Origin: Eledone cirrhosa
Taxonomy: Eukaryota
NCBI GenBank assembly: GCA_964016885.1
Contig: OZ024755.1
Coordinates: 44,950,001-45,014,000 of the forward strand
Reading direction: 5' to 3'
Length of the DNA stretch: 64,000 bases
Below the pieces are notes generated by a model. The model did not search any database and had not been told where the DNA came from. It was given only the letters and a program-made list of their open reading frames with translations. How positions within the stretch are numbered: position 1 is the first letter of the stretch; the number at the start of each line of letters is the position of its first letter. Of the stretch, positions 14,831 to 31,500 are shown piece after piece. The translations under genes were made by a program, and so were the position numbers.

Positions 14831-17800
14831 CTGTGTACCACAGTTGACAGTACCAACGTATACTGTGTTCCACAGTTGACAGTACCAACATATACTGTGT
14901 ACCTCAGTTGACAGTACCAACATATACTGTGTACCTCAGTTGACAGTATAAACATATACTGTGTACCACAGTTGACATTACCAACATATACTGTGTGCCA
15001 TAGTTGACAGTACTAATATATACTGTGTACCACAGTTGACAGTACCAACATATACTGTTTACCTCAGTTGACAGTAACAACATATACTGTGTACCACATT
15101 TGACAGTACCAACATATACTGTGTACGACAGTTGAGAGTACCAACATATACAGTTTATCACAGTTGACAGTACCAACATATACCGTGTACCACAGTTGAG
15201 AGTACCTACATATACTGTGTACCACAGTTGACAGTACCAACATATACTGTGTACCACTGTTGACAGTACCAACATATACTGTGTACCACTGTTGACAGTA
15301 CCAACGTATACTGTGTACCACAGTTAACAGTACCAACATATACTGTGTACCACAGTTGACAGTACCAACGTATACTGTGTACCACAGTTGAAAGTAGCAA
15401 CATATACAGTGTACCACAGTTGACAGTACCAACATATACTGTGTACCACAGTTGACAGTACCAACATATACTGTGTACCATAATTGACAGTACCAACGTA
15501 TACTGTGTACCACAGTTGACAGTACCAACATATACTGTGTACCACAGTTGACAGTACCAACATATACTGTGTACCATAGTTGACAGTACCAACGTATACT
15601 GTGTACCACAGTTGACAGTACCAACATATACCGTCTACCACAGTTGACAGTATCAACATATACTGTGTACCACATTTGACAGTACCAACATATACTGTGT
15701 ACCACAGTTGACAGTACCAACATATACCGTGTACCACAGTTGACAGTACCAACGTATACTGTGTACCAGAGTTGACAGTACCAACATATAATGTGTACCA
15801 CCGTTGACAGTACCAACATATACTGTGTATCACAGTTGACAGTACCAACATATACCGTGCTACCACAGTTGAGAGTACCAACATATACTGTGTACCACAG
15901 TTGACAGTACCAACATATACTGTGTACCACTGTAACAGAACCAACGTATACTGTGTACCACATTTAACAGTACCAACACATAATGTGTACCACAGTTGAC
16001 AGTACCAACGTATACTGTGTACCACTGTTGACAGTACCAACATATACAGTGCACCACAGTTGACAGTACCAACATATACTGTGTACCACAGTTGACAGTA
16101 CCAACATATACTGTGTACCATAGTTGACAGTACCAACGTATACTGTGTACCACAGTTGACAGTATCCACGTATATGTGTACCACATATTGACAGTACCAA
16201 CATATACTGTGTACCACAGTTGAGAGTACAAACGTATACGGTGTACCACAGTTGACAGTACCAACGTATACTCTGTACCACACTTGAGAGTACCAACATA
16301 TACCGTGTACCACAGTTGACAGTACCAATATATACTGTGTACCATAGTTGACAGTACCAATATATACTGTGTACCACAGTTGACAGTACTAACATATACT
16401 GTGTACCAGAGTTGACAGTACCAACATATACTGTGTACCAGAGTTGACAGTACTAACATATACAGTGTACCACATTTGACAGTACCAACATATACTGTGT
16501 ACCACAGTTGACAGTACCAACATATACTGGGTACCACAGTTGACAATACCATCATATACTGTGTACCACAGTTGAGACTACCAACACAAACTGTGTACCA
16601 GATTTGACAGTACCAACATATACTGTGTACCAGAGTTTAAAGTACCAACGTATACTGTGTACCACAGTTGACAGTACCAACATATACTGTGTACCACAGT
16701 TGACAGTACCAACATATACTGTGTACCACAGTTGACAGTACCAACGTATATTGTGTACCACATTTGACAGTACCAACATATACTGTGTACCACAGTTCAC
16801 AGTACCAACGTATAGTGTGTACCACAGTTGGCAGTACCAACATATACTGTGTACCACAGTTGACAGTACCAACATATACTGTGTACCACAGTTGACATTA
16901 CCAACATATATTGTGTACTACGGTTGAGAGTACCAACATATAATGGGTGCCACTTTTCACAGTACCAACATATACAGTATAACACAGTTGACAGTACCAA
17001 CATATATTGTGTACCACAGTTGACAGTACCAACATATACTGTGTACCATATTTGACAGTACCAACGTATACTGTGTACCACAGTTGACAATACCAACGTA
17101 TACTGTGTACCATAGTTGACCGAACCAACGTATACTGTGTACCAGAGTTGACAGTACCAACGTATACTGTGTACCACAGTTGACAGTACCAAGTTATACT
17201 GTGTACCACAGTTGACAGTTCTAATATATACTGTGTACCACAGTTGAGAGTACCAACCTAAACTGTGTACCACAGTTGACACTATCAACGTATATCTGTA
17301 CCACATATTGACAGTACCAACATATACTGTGTACCACAGTTGACAGTACCAACGTATACTGTGTACCACAGTTGACAGTACCAACATATACTGTGTACCA
17401 CAGTTGACAGTACCAACGTATATTGTGTACCACAGTTGACATTACCAACGTATACTGTGTACCACAGTGGACAGTACCAACGTATATATGTACAACATAT
17501 TGACAGTACCAACATATACTGTGTACCAGAGTTGACAGTACCAACATATACAGTGTACCACAGTTGACAGTACTAACATATACTGTGTCCCACAGTTGAG
17601 AGTACAAATATATACTGTGTACCACAGTTGACAGTACCAACATATACTGTGTACCACAGTTGACAGTACCAACGTATACTGTGTACCACAGTTGACAGTA
17701 CCAACTTATACTGTGTACCACAGTTGACAGTTCTTATATATACTATGTACCACAGTTGAGAGTACCAACATATACTGTGTACCACAGTTGACAGTACTAA

Positions 17801-18289
17801 CATATACTATGTACCACAGTTGACAGTATCCACGTATGTGTATAACAGTTGACAGTATCAACGTATAACTGTACCACATATTGACAGTACCAACATATAC
17901 TGTGTACCACAGTTGACAGTACCAACGTATACTGTGTACCACTGTTGACAGTACCAACATATACTGTGTATCACAGTTGACAGTACCAACATATACCGTG
18001 TTACCACAGTTGAGAGTACCAACATATACTGTGTACCACAGTTGACAGTACCAACATATAATGTGTACCACTGTTGACAGTACCAACGTATACTGTGTAC
18101 CACATTTAACAGTTCCAACATATACTGTGTACCACAGTTATCAGTACCAACGTACACTGTGTACCACTGTTGACAGTACCAACATATACAGTGTACCACA
18201 GTTGACAGTACCAACATATACTATGAACCACAGTTAACAGTACCAACATATACCGTGTACCACAGTTGACAGTACCAACATATACTGTG

Positions 18290-19560
18290 TACCACAGTTG
18301 AAAGTACCAACGTATACTGTGTACCACAGTTGACAGTATCAACATATACTGTGTACCACAGTTGACAGTACCAACATATACTGTGTACGACAGTTGACAG
18401 TACCAACGTATACTGTGTACCACAGTTGACAGTACCAACATATACTGTGTACCACAGTTGACAGTACCAACATATACTGTGTACCACAGTTGGCAGTACC
18501 AACATATACTGTGTACCACATTTGACAATACCAACATATACAGTGTACCACAGTTGACAGTACCAACATATATTGTGTACCACAGTTGACAGTACTAACG
18601 TATACTGTGTACCACAGTTGACAATACCAACATATACTGTGTACCACAGTTGACAGTACCATCATATACTGTGTACCACAGTTGACAGTACCAACATATA
18701 CTGTGTACCACAGTTGACAGTACCAACGTATACTGTGTACCACAGTTGACAGTACCAACATATACTGTGTACCACAGTTGACAGTACCAACATATACTGT
18801 GTACCACAGTTGGCAGTACCAACATATACTGTGTACCACATTTGACAGTACCAACATATACAGTGTACCACAGTTGACAGTACCAACATATACTGTGTAC
18901 CACAGTTGACAGTACCAACATATACTGTGTACCACAGTTGAAAGTACCAACGTATACTGTGTACCACAGTTGACAGTATCAACATATACTGTGTACCACA
19001 GTTGACAGTACCAACATATACTGTGTACGACAGTTGACAGTACCAACGTATACTGTGTACCACAGTTGACAGTACCAACATATACTGTGTACCACAGTTG
19101 ACAGTACCAACATATACTGTGTACCACAGTTGGCAGTACCAACATATACTGTGTACCACATTTGACAGTACCAACATATACAGTGTACCACAGTTGACAG
19201 TAACAACATATATTGTGTACCACAGTTGACAGTACTAACGTATACTGTGTACCACAGTTGACAATACCAACATATACTGTGTACCACAGTTGACAGAGAG
19301 CATCATATACTGTGTACCACAGTTGACAGTACCAACATATACTGTCTACCACAGTTGACAGTACCAACGTATACTGTGTACGACAGTTGACAGTACCAAC
19401 ATATACTGTGTACCACAGTTGACAGTACCAACATATACTGTGTACCACAGTTGGCAGTACCAACATATACTGTGTACCACATTTGACAGTACCAGCATAT
19501 ACAGTGTACCACAGTTGACAGTACCAACATATACTGTGTACCACAGTTGAGAGTACCAAC
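18290..19560 (+). repeat. Local 320-bp (10-monomer) higher-order repeat, about 4 copies
   Basis: The variant trio TGGCAG / CACATTTG / TACAGTG recurs at 18491, 18811, 19131 and 19452 (period 320, with one +1 indel). The same doublet occurs at 20604/20924. Confidence 0.8.
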
Positions 19561-22500
19561 ATATACTGTGTACCATACTTGACAGTACCAACGTATACTG
19601 CGTACCACAGTTGTCAGTACCAACATATACTGTGTACCACAGTTGACAGTACCAACATATACTGTGTACCATAGTTGACAGTATCAACGTATATGTGTAC
19701 CACTGTTGTCAGTACTAACATATGCCGTGTACCACAGTTGACAGTACCAACATATACTGTGTACCACAGTTGACAGTACCAACGTATACTGTATACCACT
19801 GTTGACAGTACCAACATATACTGTGTACCAGAGTTGACAGTACTAACATATACAGTGTACCACAGTTGACAGTACCAACATATACTGTGTACCACAGTTG
19901 ACACTACCAACATATACTGGGTACCAGAGTTGACAGTACCAACATATACTGTGTACCACAGTTGACAGTACCAACATATACCGTGTACCACAGTTGACAG
20001 TACCAACGTATACTGTGTACCACAGTTGACAGTACCAACATATAATGTGTACCAACGTTGACAGTACCAACATATACTGTGTATCACATTTAACAGTACC
20101 AACATATACCGTGTTACCACAGTTGAGAGTACCAACATATACTGTGTACCATAGTTGACAGTACCAACATATAATGTGTACCACTGTTTACAGTACCAAC
20201 GTATACTGTGTACCACATTTAACAGTTCCAACATATACTGTGTACCACAGTTATCAGTACCAACGTACACTGTGTACCACTGTTGACAGTACCAACATAT
20301 ACAGTGTACCACAGTTGACAGTACCAACATATACTGTGTACCACAGTTAACAGTACCAACATATACCGTGTACCACAGTTGACAGTACCAACATATACTG
20401 TGTACCATAGTTGAAAGTACCAACGTATACTGTGTACCACAGTTGACAGTATCAACATATACTGTGTACCACAGTTGACAGTACCAACATACACTGTGTA
20501 CGACAGTTGACAGTACCAACGTATACTATGTACCACAGTTGACAGTACCAACATATACTGTGTACCACAGTTGACAGTACCAACATATACTGTGTACCAC
20601 AGTTGGCAGTACCAACATATACTGTGTACCACATTTGACAGTACCAACATATACAGTGTACCACAGTTGACAGTACCAACATATATTGTGTACCACAGTT
20701 GACAGTACTAACGTATACTGTGTACCACAGTTGACAATACCAACATATACTGTGTACCACAGTTGGCAGTACCATCATATACTGTGTACCACAGTTGACA
20801 GTACCAACATATACTGTGTACCACAGTTGACAGTACCAACGTATACTGTGTACCACAGTTGACAGTACCAACATATACTGTGTACCACAGTTGACAGTAC
20901 CAACATATACTGTGTACCACAGTTGGCAGTACCAACATATATTGTGTACCACATTTGACAGTACCAACATATACAGTGTACCACAGTTGACAGTACCAAC
21001 ATATACTGTGTACCACAGTTGACAGTACCAACATATACTGTGTACCATACTTGACAGTACCAACGTATAATGCGTACCACAGTTGACAGTACCAACATAT
21101 ACTGTGTACCACAGTTGACAGTACCAACATATACTGTGTACCATAGTTGACAGTATCAACGTATATGTGTACCACTGTTGACAGTACTAACATATGCCGT
21201 GTACCACAGCTGACAGTACCAACATATACTGTGTACCACAGTTGACAGTACCAACGTATACTGTGTACCACTGTTGACAGTACCAACATATACAGTGTAC
21301 CACAGTTGACAGTACCAACATATACTTTGTACCACAGTTGACAGTACCAACATATACTGTGAACCATAGTTGTCAGTACCAACATATACTGTGTACCACA
21401 GTTGACAGTAACAACATATACTGTGTACCATAGTTTACAGTACCAACGTATACTGTGTACCACAGTTGACAGTACCAACATATACCGTGTACCACAGTTG
21501 ACAGTACCAACATATACTGTGTACCAGATTTGACAGTACCAACATATACTGTGTACCACTGTTGACAGTACCAACATATACTGTGTACCACAGTTGACAA
21601 TACCAACGTTTACAGTGTACCAGAGTTAACAGTACCAACATATACTGTGTACCACTGTTGACAGTACCAACATATACTGTGTACCACAGTTGACAGTACC
21701 AACGTATACTGTGTACCACAATTGACAGTACCAACATATACAGTGTACCAGAGTTGACAGTACTAATATATAATGTGTACCACAGTTGACAGTACAAACA
21801 TATACTGTGTACCACAGTTGACAGTACTAACATATACTGTGTACCACAGTTGACAGTATCCACGTATATGTGTACCACATATTGACAGTACCAACATATA
21901 CTGTGTACCACAGTTGAGAGTACCAACGTATATTGTGTACCACAGTTGACAGTACCAACGTATACTGTGTACCACAGTTGACAGTACCAACATATACTGT
22001 GTACCACAGTTGACAGTACCAGCGTATACTGTGTACCAAAGTTGACAGTCTCAACGTATATGTGTACCACATATTGACAGTACCAACATATACTGTGTAC
22101 CACCGTTGACAGTACCAACGTATACTGTGTACCACAGTTGACAGTACCAACGTATACTGTGTACCACAGTTGACAGTACCAACGTATACTGTGTACCACA
22201 GTTGACAGTACCAACATATACAGTGCACCACAGTTGACAGTACCAACATATACTGTGTACCTCAGTTGACAGTACCAACATATACTGTGTACCATAGTTG
22301 ACAGTACCAACGTATACTGTGTACCACATTTGACAGTACCAACATATACCATGTACCACAGTTGATAGTACCAATACATACTGTGTACCATAGTTGACAT
22401 ACCAACATATACTGTGTACCATAGTTGACAGTACCAACGTATACTCTGTACCACAATTGAGAGTACCAACATATACCGTGTACCACAGTTGACAGTACCA

Positions 22501-25500
22501 ATATATACTGTGTACCACAGTTGACAATACCATCATATACTGTGTACCACAGTTGACACTACCAACATAAACTGTGTACCAGAGTTAACAGTACCAACAT
22601 ATACTGTGTACCACAGTTGAAAGTACCAACGTATACTCTGTACCACAGTTGACAGTACCAACATATACTGTGTACCACAGTTGACAGTACCAACATATAC
22701 TGTGTACCACAGTTGACAGTACCAACGTATACTGTGTACCACATTTGACAGTACCAACATACACTGTGTACCACAGTTGACAGTACCAACATATAGTGTG
22801 TACCACAGTTGGCAGTACCAACATATACTGTGTACCACAGTTGACAGTACCGACATATGCTGTGTACCACAGTTGACAGTACCAACATATATTGTGTACC
22901 ACGGTTGACAGTACCAACATATAATGGGTGCCACTGTTCACAGTACCAACATATACTGTGTACCACAGTTGACAATACCAACGTATACTGTGTACCACAG
23001 TTGACAGTACCAACATATAATGTGTACCACATTTGACAGTAACAACATATACTGTGTACCACAGTTTAGAGTACCAACATTAACTGTGTATCACAGTTGA
23101 CAGTACCAACATATACCGTGTACCGCAGTTGAGAGTACCTACATATACTGTGTACCACAGTTGACAGTACCAACATATACTGTGTACCACATTTGACAGT
23201 ACCAACGTATACTGTGTACCACAGTTGACAGTAGCAACATATACAGTGTACCACAGTTGACAGTACCAACATATACTGTGTACCACAGTTGACAGTACTA
23301 ACATATACTGTGTACCATAGTTGACAGTACCCACGTATACTGTGTACCATAGTTGACAGTACCAACATATACTGTGTACCACAGTTGACAGTACCAACAT
23401 ATACTGTGTACCATAGTTGACAGTACCAACGTATACTGTGTACCACAGTTGACAGTACCAACATATACCGTCTACCACAGTTGACAGTACCAACATAAAC
23501 TGTGTACCAGAGTTGACAGTACCAACATATACTGTGTACCACAGTTGACAGTACCAACATATACCGTGTACCACAGTTGACAGTACCAACGTATAATGTG
23601 TACCACAGTTGACAGTACCAACATATAATGTGTACCACCGTTGACAGTACCAACATATACTGTGTATCACAGTTGACAGTACCAACATATACCGTGTTAC
23701 CACAGTTGAGAGTACCAACATATACTGTGTACCACATTTGACAGTACCAACATATAATGTGTACCACTGTTGACAGTACCAACGTATACTGTGTACCACA
23801 TTTAACAGTTCCAACATATACTGTGTACCACAGTTATCAGTACCAACGTACACTGTGTACCACTGTTGACAGTACCAACATATACAGTGTACCACAGTTG
23901 ACAGTACCAACATATACTGTGTACCACAGTTAACAGTACCAACATATACCGTGTACCACAGTTGACAGTACCAACATATACTGTGTACCACAGATGAAAG
24001 TACCAACGTATACTGTGTACCACAGTTGACAGTATCAACATATGCTGCGTACCACAGTTGACAGTACCAACATATACTGTGTACGACAGTTGACAGTACC
24101 AACGTATACTGTGTACCACAGTTGACAGTACCAACATATAATGTGTACCACAGTTGACAGTACCAACAAATACTGTGTACCACAGTTGGCAGTACCAACA
24201 TATACTGTGTACCACATTTGACAGTACCAACATATACAGTGTACCACAGTTGACAGTACCAACATATATTGTGTACCACAGTTGACAGTACTAACGTATA
24301 CTGTGTACCACAGTTGACAATACCAACATATACTGTGTACCACAGTTGACAGTACCATCATATACTGTGTACCACAGTTGACAGTACCAACATATACTGT
24401 GTACCACAGTTGACAGTACCAACGTATACTGTGTACCACAGTTGACAGTACCAACATATACTGTGTACCACAGTTTACAGTACCAACATATACTGTGTAC
24501 CACAGTTGGCAGTACCAACATATACTGTGTACCACATTTGACAGTACCAACATATACAGTGTACCACAGTTGACAGTACCACATATACTGTGTACCACAG
24601 TTGACAGTACCAACATATACTGTGTACCATAGTTGACAGTACCAACGTATACTGCGTACCACAGTTGACAGTACCAACATATACTGTGTACCACAGTTGA
24701 CAGTACCAGCATATACTGTGTACCATAGTTGACAGTATCAACGTATATGTGTACCACTGTTGTCATTACTAACATATGCCGTGTACCACAGTTGACAGTA
24801 CCAACATATACTGTGTACCACAGTTGACAGTACCAACGTATACTGTGTACCACTGTTGACAGTACCAACATATACAGTGTACCACAGTTGACAGTACCAA
24901 CATATACTGTGTACCACAGTTGACAGTACCAACATATACTGTGTACCACAGTTGACAGTACCAACATTTACTGTGTACCACAGTTGGCAGTACCAACATA
25001 TACTGTGTACCAGATTTGACAGTACCAACATATACAGTATACCACAGTTGACAATACCAACATATACTGTGTACCACAGTTGACAGTACCAACATATACT
25101 GTGTACCATAGTTGACAGTACCAACGTATACTGCGTACCACAGTTGACAGTAGCAACGTATACTGTGTACCACATTTGACAGTACCAACATGCACTGTGT
25201 ACCACAGTTGACAGTACCAACATATAGTGTGTACCACAGTTGGCAGTACCAACATATAATGGGTGCCACTGTTCACAGTACCAACATATACTGTGTACCA
25301 CAGTCGACAATACCAACGTATACTGTGTACCACAGTTGACAGTACCAACATATACTGTGTACCACAGTTGACAGTACCAACGTATACTGTGTAACACAGA
25401 TGACAATACCATCATATAGGGTGTACCACAGTTGACAGTACCAACATATACTGTGTACCACAGTTGACAGTACCATCATATACTGTGTACCAGATTGACA

Positions 25501-28500
25501 GTACTAACATATACTGTGTACCAGAGTTGACAGTACCAACATATACTGTGTACCAGAGTTGACAGTACTAACATATACTGTGTACCAGAGTTGACAGTAC
25601 CAACATATATTGGATACCACAGTTGACAGTACCAACATATACTGTGTACCAATGTTGACAGTACCAACGTATACTGTATACCACATTTAACAGTACCAAC
25701 ATATACTGTGTATCACAGTTGATAGTACCAACGTATACAGTATACCACTGATGACAGTACCAACATATACAGTATAACACAGTTGACAGTACCAACATAT
25801 ACTGTGTACCACAGTTGACAGTACCAACATATACTGTGTACCATAGTTGACAGTACCAACGTATACTGTGTACCACAGTTGACAGTACCAACATATACTG
25901 TGTACCTTAGTTGACAGAACCAACGTATACTGTGTACCATAGTTGACAGTACCAACATATACCGTGTACCACAGTTGACAGTACCAACATATATAGTGTA
26001 CCAGAGTTGATAGTACCAACATATACAGTGTACCACTGTTGACATTACCATCATATACTGTGTACCACAGTTGATAGTACCAACGTATACTGTGTACCAC
26101 AGTTGACAGTACCAACTTATACTGTGTACCACAGTTGACAGTACTAATATATACTGTGTACCAAAGTTGAGAGTACCAACATATACTGTGTACCACAGTT
26201 GACAGTACTAACATATACTGTGTACAACAGTTGACAGTATCCACGTATGTGTACCACAGTTGACAGTATCAACGTATATCTGTACCACATATTGACAGTA
26301 CCAACATATACTGTGTACCACAGTTGACAGTACCAACGTATACTGTGTACCACAGTTGACAGTACCAACGTATACTGTGTACCACAGTTGACAGTACCAA
26401 CATATACTGTGTACCACAGTTGACAGTACCAATGTATACTGTGTACCACAGTTGACATTACCAAGGTATACTGTGTACAAACAGTGGACAGTACCAATAT
26501 ATATGTGTACAACATATTGACAGTACCAACATATACTGTGTACCACAGTTGACAGTACCAACATATACTGTGTACCACAGTTGACAGTACCAACATATAC
26601 TGTGTACCACAGTTGACAGTACCAACGTATACTGTGTACCACAGTTGACAGTACCAACATATACTGTGTACCACAGTTGACAGTACCAACATATACTGTG
26701 TACCACAGTTGGCAGTACCAACATATACTGTGTACCACAGTTGAGAGTACCAACATATACTGTGTACCACAGTTGACAGTACCAACATATATTATGTACC
26801 ACAGTTGACAGTACCAACATATACTGGGTGCCACTGTTCACAGTACCAACATATACTGTGTACCACAGTTGACAATACCAACGTATTCTGTGTACCACAG
26901 TTGACAATACCATCATATAGGGTGTACCACAGTTGACAGTACCAACATATACTGTGTACCACATTTGACAGTACCATCATATACTGACTACCACAGTTGA
27001 GAGTACCAACGTATAATGTGTACCAGAGTTAACAGTACCAACATATACTGTGTACCACTGTTGACAGTACCAACATATACTGTGTACCAGAGTTGACAGT
27101 ACCAACATATTCTGTGTACCACAGTTGACAGTACCAACATATACTGTGTATCACAGTTGACAGTACTGACATATACTGTGTACCAGAGTTGACAGTACTG
27201 ACATATACTGTGTACCAGAGTTGACAGTACCAACATATACTGTGTACCACAGTTGACAGTACCAACGTATACTGTGTACCAATGTTGACAGTACCAACGT
27301 ATACTGTGGACCACAGTTAACAGTACCAACATATACTGTGTACCACAGTTGACAGTACCAACGTATACTGTGTACCAAGTTGAAAGTACCAACGTATACT
27401 GTGTACCACAGTTGACAGTATCAACATATACTGTGTACCACAGTTGACAGTACCAACATATACTGTGTACGACAGTTGACAGTACCAACGTATACTGTGT
27501 ACCACAGTTGACAGTACCAACATATACTGTGTACCACAGTTGACAGTACCAACATATACTGTTTACCACAGTTGGCAGTACCAACATATACTGTGTACCA
27601 CATTTGACAGTACCAACATATACAGTGTACCACAGTTGACAGTACCAACATATATTGTGTACCACAGTTGACAGTACTAACGTATACTGTGTACCACAGT
27701 TGACAATACCAACATATACTGTGTACCACAGTTGACAGAGAGCATCATATACTGTGTACCACAGTTGACAGTACCAACATATACTGTCTACCACAGTTGA
27801 CAGTACCAACGTATACTGTGTACGACAGTTGACAGTACCAACATATACTGTGTACCACAGTTGACAGTACCAACATATACTGTGTACCACAGTTGGCAGT
27901 ACCAACATATACTGTGTACCACATTTGACAGTACCAACATATACAGTGTACCACAGTTGACAGTACCAACATATACTGTGTACCACAGTTGAGAGTACCA
28001 ACATATACTGTGTACCATACTTGACAGTACCAACGTATACTGCGTACCACAGTTGTCAGTACCAACATATACTGTGTACCACAGTTGACAGTACCAACAT
28101 ATACTGTGTACCATAGTTGACAGTATCAACGTATATGTGTACCACTGTTGTCAGTACTAACATATGCCGTGTACCACAGTTGACAGTACCAACATATACT
28201 GTGTACCACAGTTGACAGTACCAACGTATACTGTATACCACTGTTGACAGTACCAACATATACTGTGTACCAGAGTTGACAGTACTAACATATACAGTGT
28301 ACCACAGTTGACAGTACCAACATATACTGTGTACCACAGTTGACACTACCAACATATACTGGGTACCAGAGTTGACAGTACCAACATATACTGTGTACCA
28401 CAGTTGACAGTACCAACATATACCGTGTACCACAGTTGACAGTACCAACGTATACTGTGTACCACAGTTGACAGTACCAACATATAATGTGTACCACCGT

Positions 28501-31500
28501 TGACAGTACCAACATATACTGTGTATCACAGTTAACAGTACCAACATATACCGTGTTACCACAGTTGAGAGTACCAACATATACTGTGTACCATAGTTGA
28601 CAGTACCAACATATAATGTGTACCACTGTTGACAGTACCAACGTATACTGTGTACCACATTTAACAGTTCCAACATATACTGTGTACCACAGTTATCAGT
28701 ACCAACGTACACTGTGTATCACTGTTGACAGTACCAACATATACAGTGTACCACAGTTGACAGTACCAACATATACTGTGTACCACAGTTAACAGTACCA
28801 ACATATACCGGGTACCACAGTTGACAGTACCAACATATACTGTGTACCACAGTTGAAAGTACCAACGTATACTGTGTACCACAGTTGACAGTATCAACAT
28901 ATACTGTGTACCACAGTTGACAGTACCAACATACACTGTGTACGACAGTTGACAGTACCAACGTATACTATGTACCACAGTTGACAGTACCAACATATAC
29001 TGTGTACCACAGTTGACAGTACCAACATATACTGTGTACCACAGTTGGCAGTACCAACATATACTGTGTACCACATTTGACAGTACCAACATATACAGTG
29101 TACCACAGTTGACAGTACCAACATATATTGTGTACCACAGTTGACAGTACTAACGTATACTGTGTACCACAGTTGACAATACCAACATATACTGTGTACC
29201 ACAGTTGACAGTACCATCATATACTGTGTACCACAATTGACAGTACCAACATATACTGTGTACCACAGTTGACAGTACCAACGTATACTGTGTACCACAG
29301 TTGACAGTACCAACATATACTGTGTACCACAGTTGACAGTACCAACGTATACTGTGTACCACAGTTGGCAGTACCAACATATATTGTGTACCACATTTGA
29401 CAGTACCAACATATACAGTGTACCACAGTTGACAGTACCAACATATACTGTGTACCACAGTTGACAGTACCAACATAAACTGTGTACCATACTTGACAGT
29501 ACCAACGTATAATGCGTACCACAGTTGACAGTACCAACATATACTGTGTACCACAGTTGACAGTACCAACATATACTGTGTACCATAGTTGACAGTATCA
29601 ACGTATATGTGTACCACTGTTGACAGTACTAACATATGCCGTGTACCACAGCTGACAGTACCAACATATAGTGTGTACCACAGTTGACAGTACCAACGTA
29701 TACTGTGTACCACTGTTGACAGTACCAACATATACAGTGTACCACAGTTGACAGTACCAACATATACTTTGTACCACAGTTGACAGTACCAACATATACT
29801 GTGAACCATAGTTGTCAGTACCAACATATACTGTGTACCACAGTTGCCAGTAACAACATATACTGTGTACCATAGTTTACAGTACCAACGTATACTGTGT
29901 ACCACAGTTGACAGTACCAACATATACCGTGTACCACAGTTGACAGTACCAACATATACTGTGTACCAGATTTGACAGTACCAACATATACTGTGTACCA
30001 CTGTTGACAGTACCAACATATACTATGTACCACAGTTGACAATACCAACGTTTACAGTGTACCAGAGTTAACAGTACCAACATATACTGTGTACCACTGT
30101 TGACAGTACCAACATATACTGTGTACCACAGTTGACAGTACCAACGTATACTGTGTACCACAATTGACAGTACCAACATATACAGTGTACCAGAGTTGAC
30201 AGTACTAATATATAATGTGTACCACAGTTGACAGTACAAACATATACTGTGTACCACAGTTGACAGTACTAACATATACTGTGTACCACAGTTGACAGTA
30301 TCCACGTATATGTGTACCACATATTGACAGTACCAACATATACTGTGTACCACAGTTGAGAGTACCAACGTATACTGTGTACCACAGTTGACAGTACCAA
30401 CGTATACTGTGTACCACAGTTGACAGTACCAACATATACTGTGTACCACAGTTGACAGTACCAGCGTATACTGTGTACCAAAGTTGACAGTCTCAACGTA
30501 TATGTGTACCACATATTGACAGTACCAACATATACTGTGTACCACCGTTGACAGTACCAACGTATACTGTGTACCACAGTTGACAGTACCAACGTATACT
30601 GTGTACCACAGTTGACAGTACCAACGTATACTGTGTACCACAGTTGACAGTACCAACATATACAGTGCACCACAGTTGACAGTACCAACATATACTGTGT
30701 ACCTCAGTTGACAGTACCAACATATACTGTGTACCATAGTTGACAGTACCAACGTATACTGTGTACCACATTTGACAGTACCAACATATACCGTGTACCA
30801 CAGTTGATAGTACCAATACATACTCTGTACCATAGTTGACATACCAACATATACTGTGTACCATAGTTGACAGTACCAACGTATACTCTGTACCACAATT
30901 GAGAGTACCAACATATACCGTGTACCACAGTTGACAGTACCAATATATACTGTGTACCACAGTTGACAATACCATCATATACTGTGTACCACAGTTGACA
31001 CTACCAACATAAACTGTGTACCAGAGTTGACAGTACCAACATATACTGTGTACCACAGTTGAAAGTACCAACGTATACTCTGTACCACAGTTGACAGTAC
31101 CAACATATACTGTGTACCACAGTTGACAGTACCAACATATACTGTGTACCACAGTTGACAGTACCAACGTATACTGTGTACCACATTTGACAGTACCAAC
31201 ATACACTGTGTACCACAGTTGACAGTACCAACATATAGTGTGTACCACAGTTGGCAGTACCAACATATACTGTGTACCACAGTTGACAGTACCGACATAT
31301 GCTGTGTACCACAGTTGACAGTACCAACATATATTGTGTACCACGGTTGACAGTACCAACATATAATGGGTGCCACTGTTCACAGTACCAACATATACTG
31401 TGTACCACAGTTGACAATACCAACGTATACTGTGTACCACAGTTGACAGTACCAACATATACTGTGTACCACAGTTGACAGTACCAACATATACTGTGTA

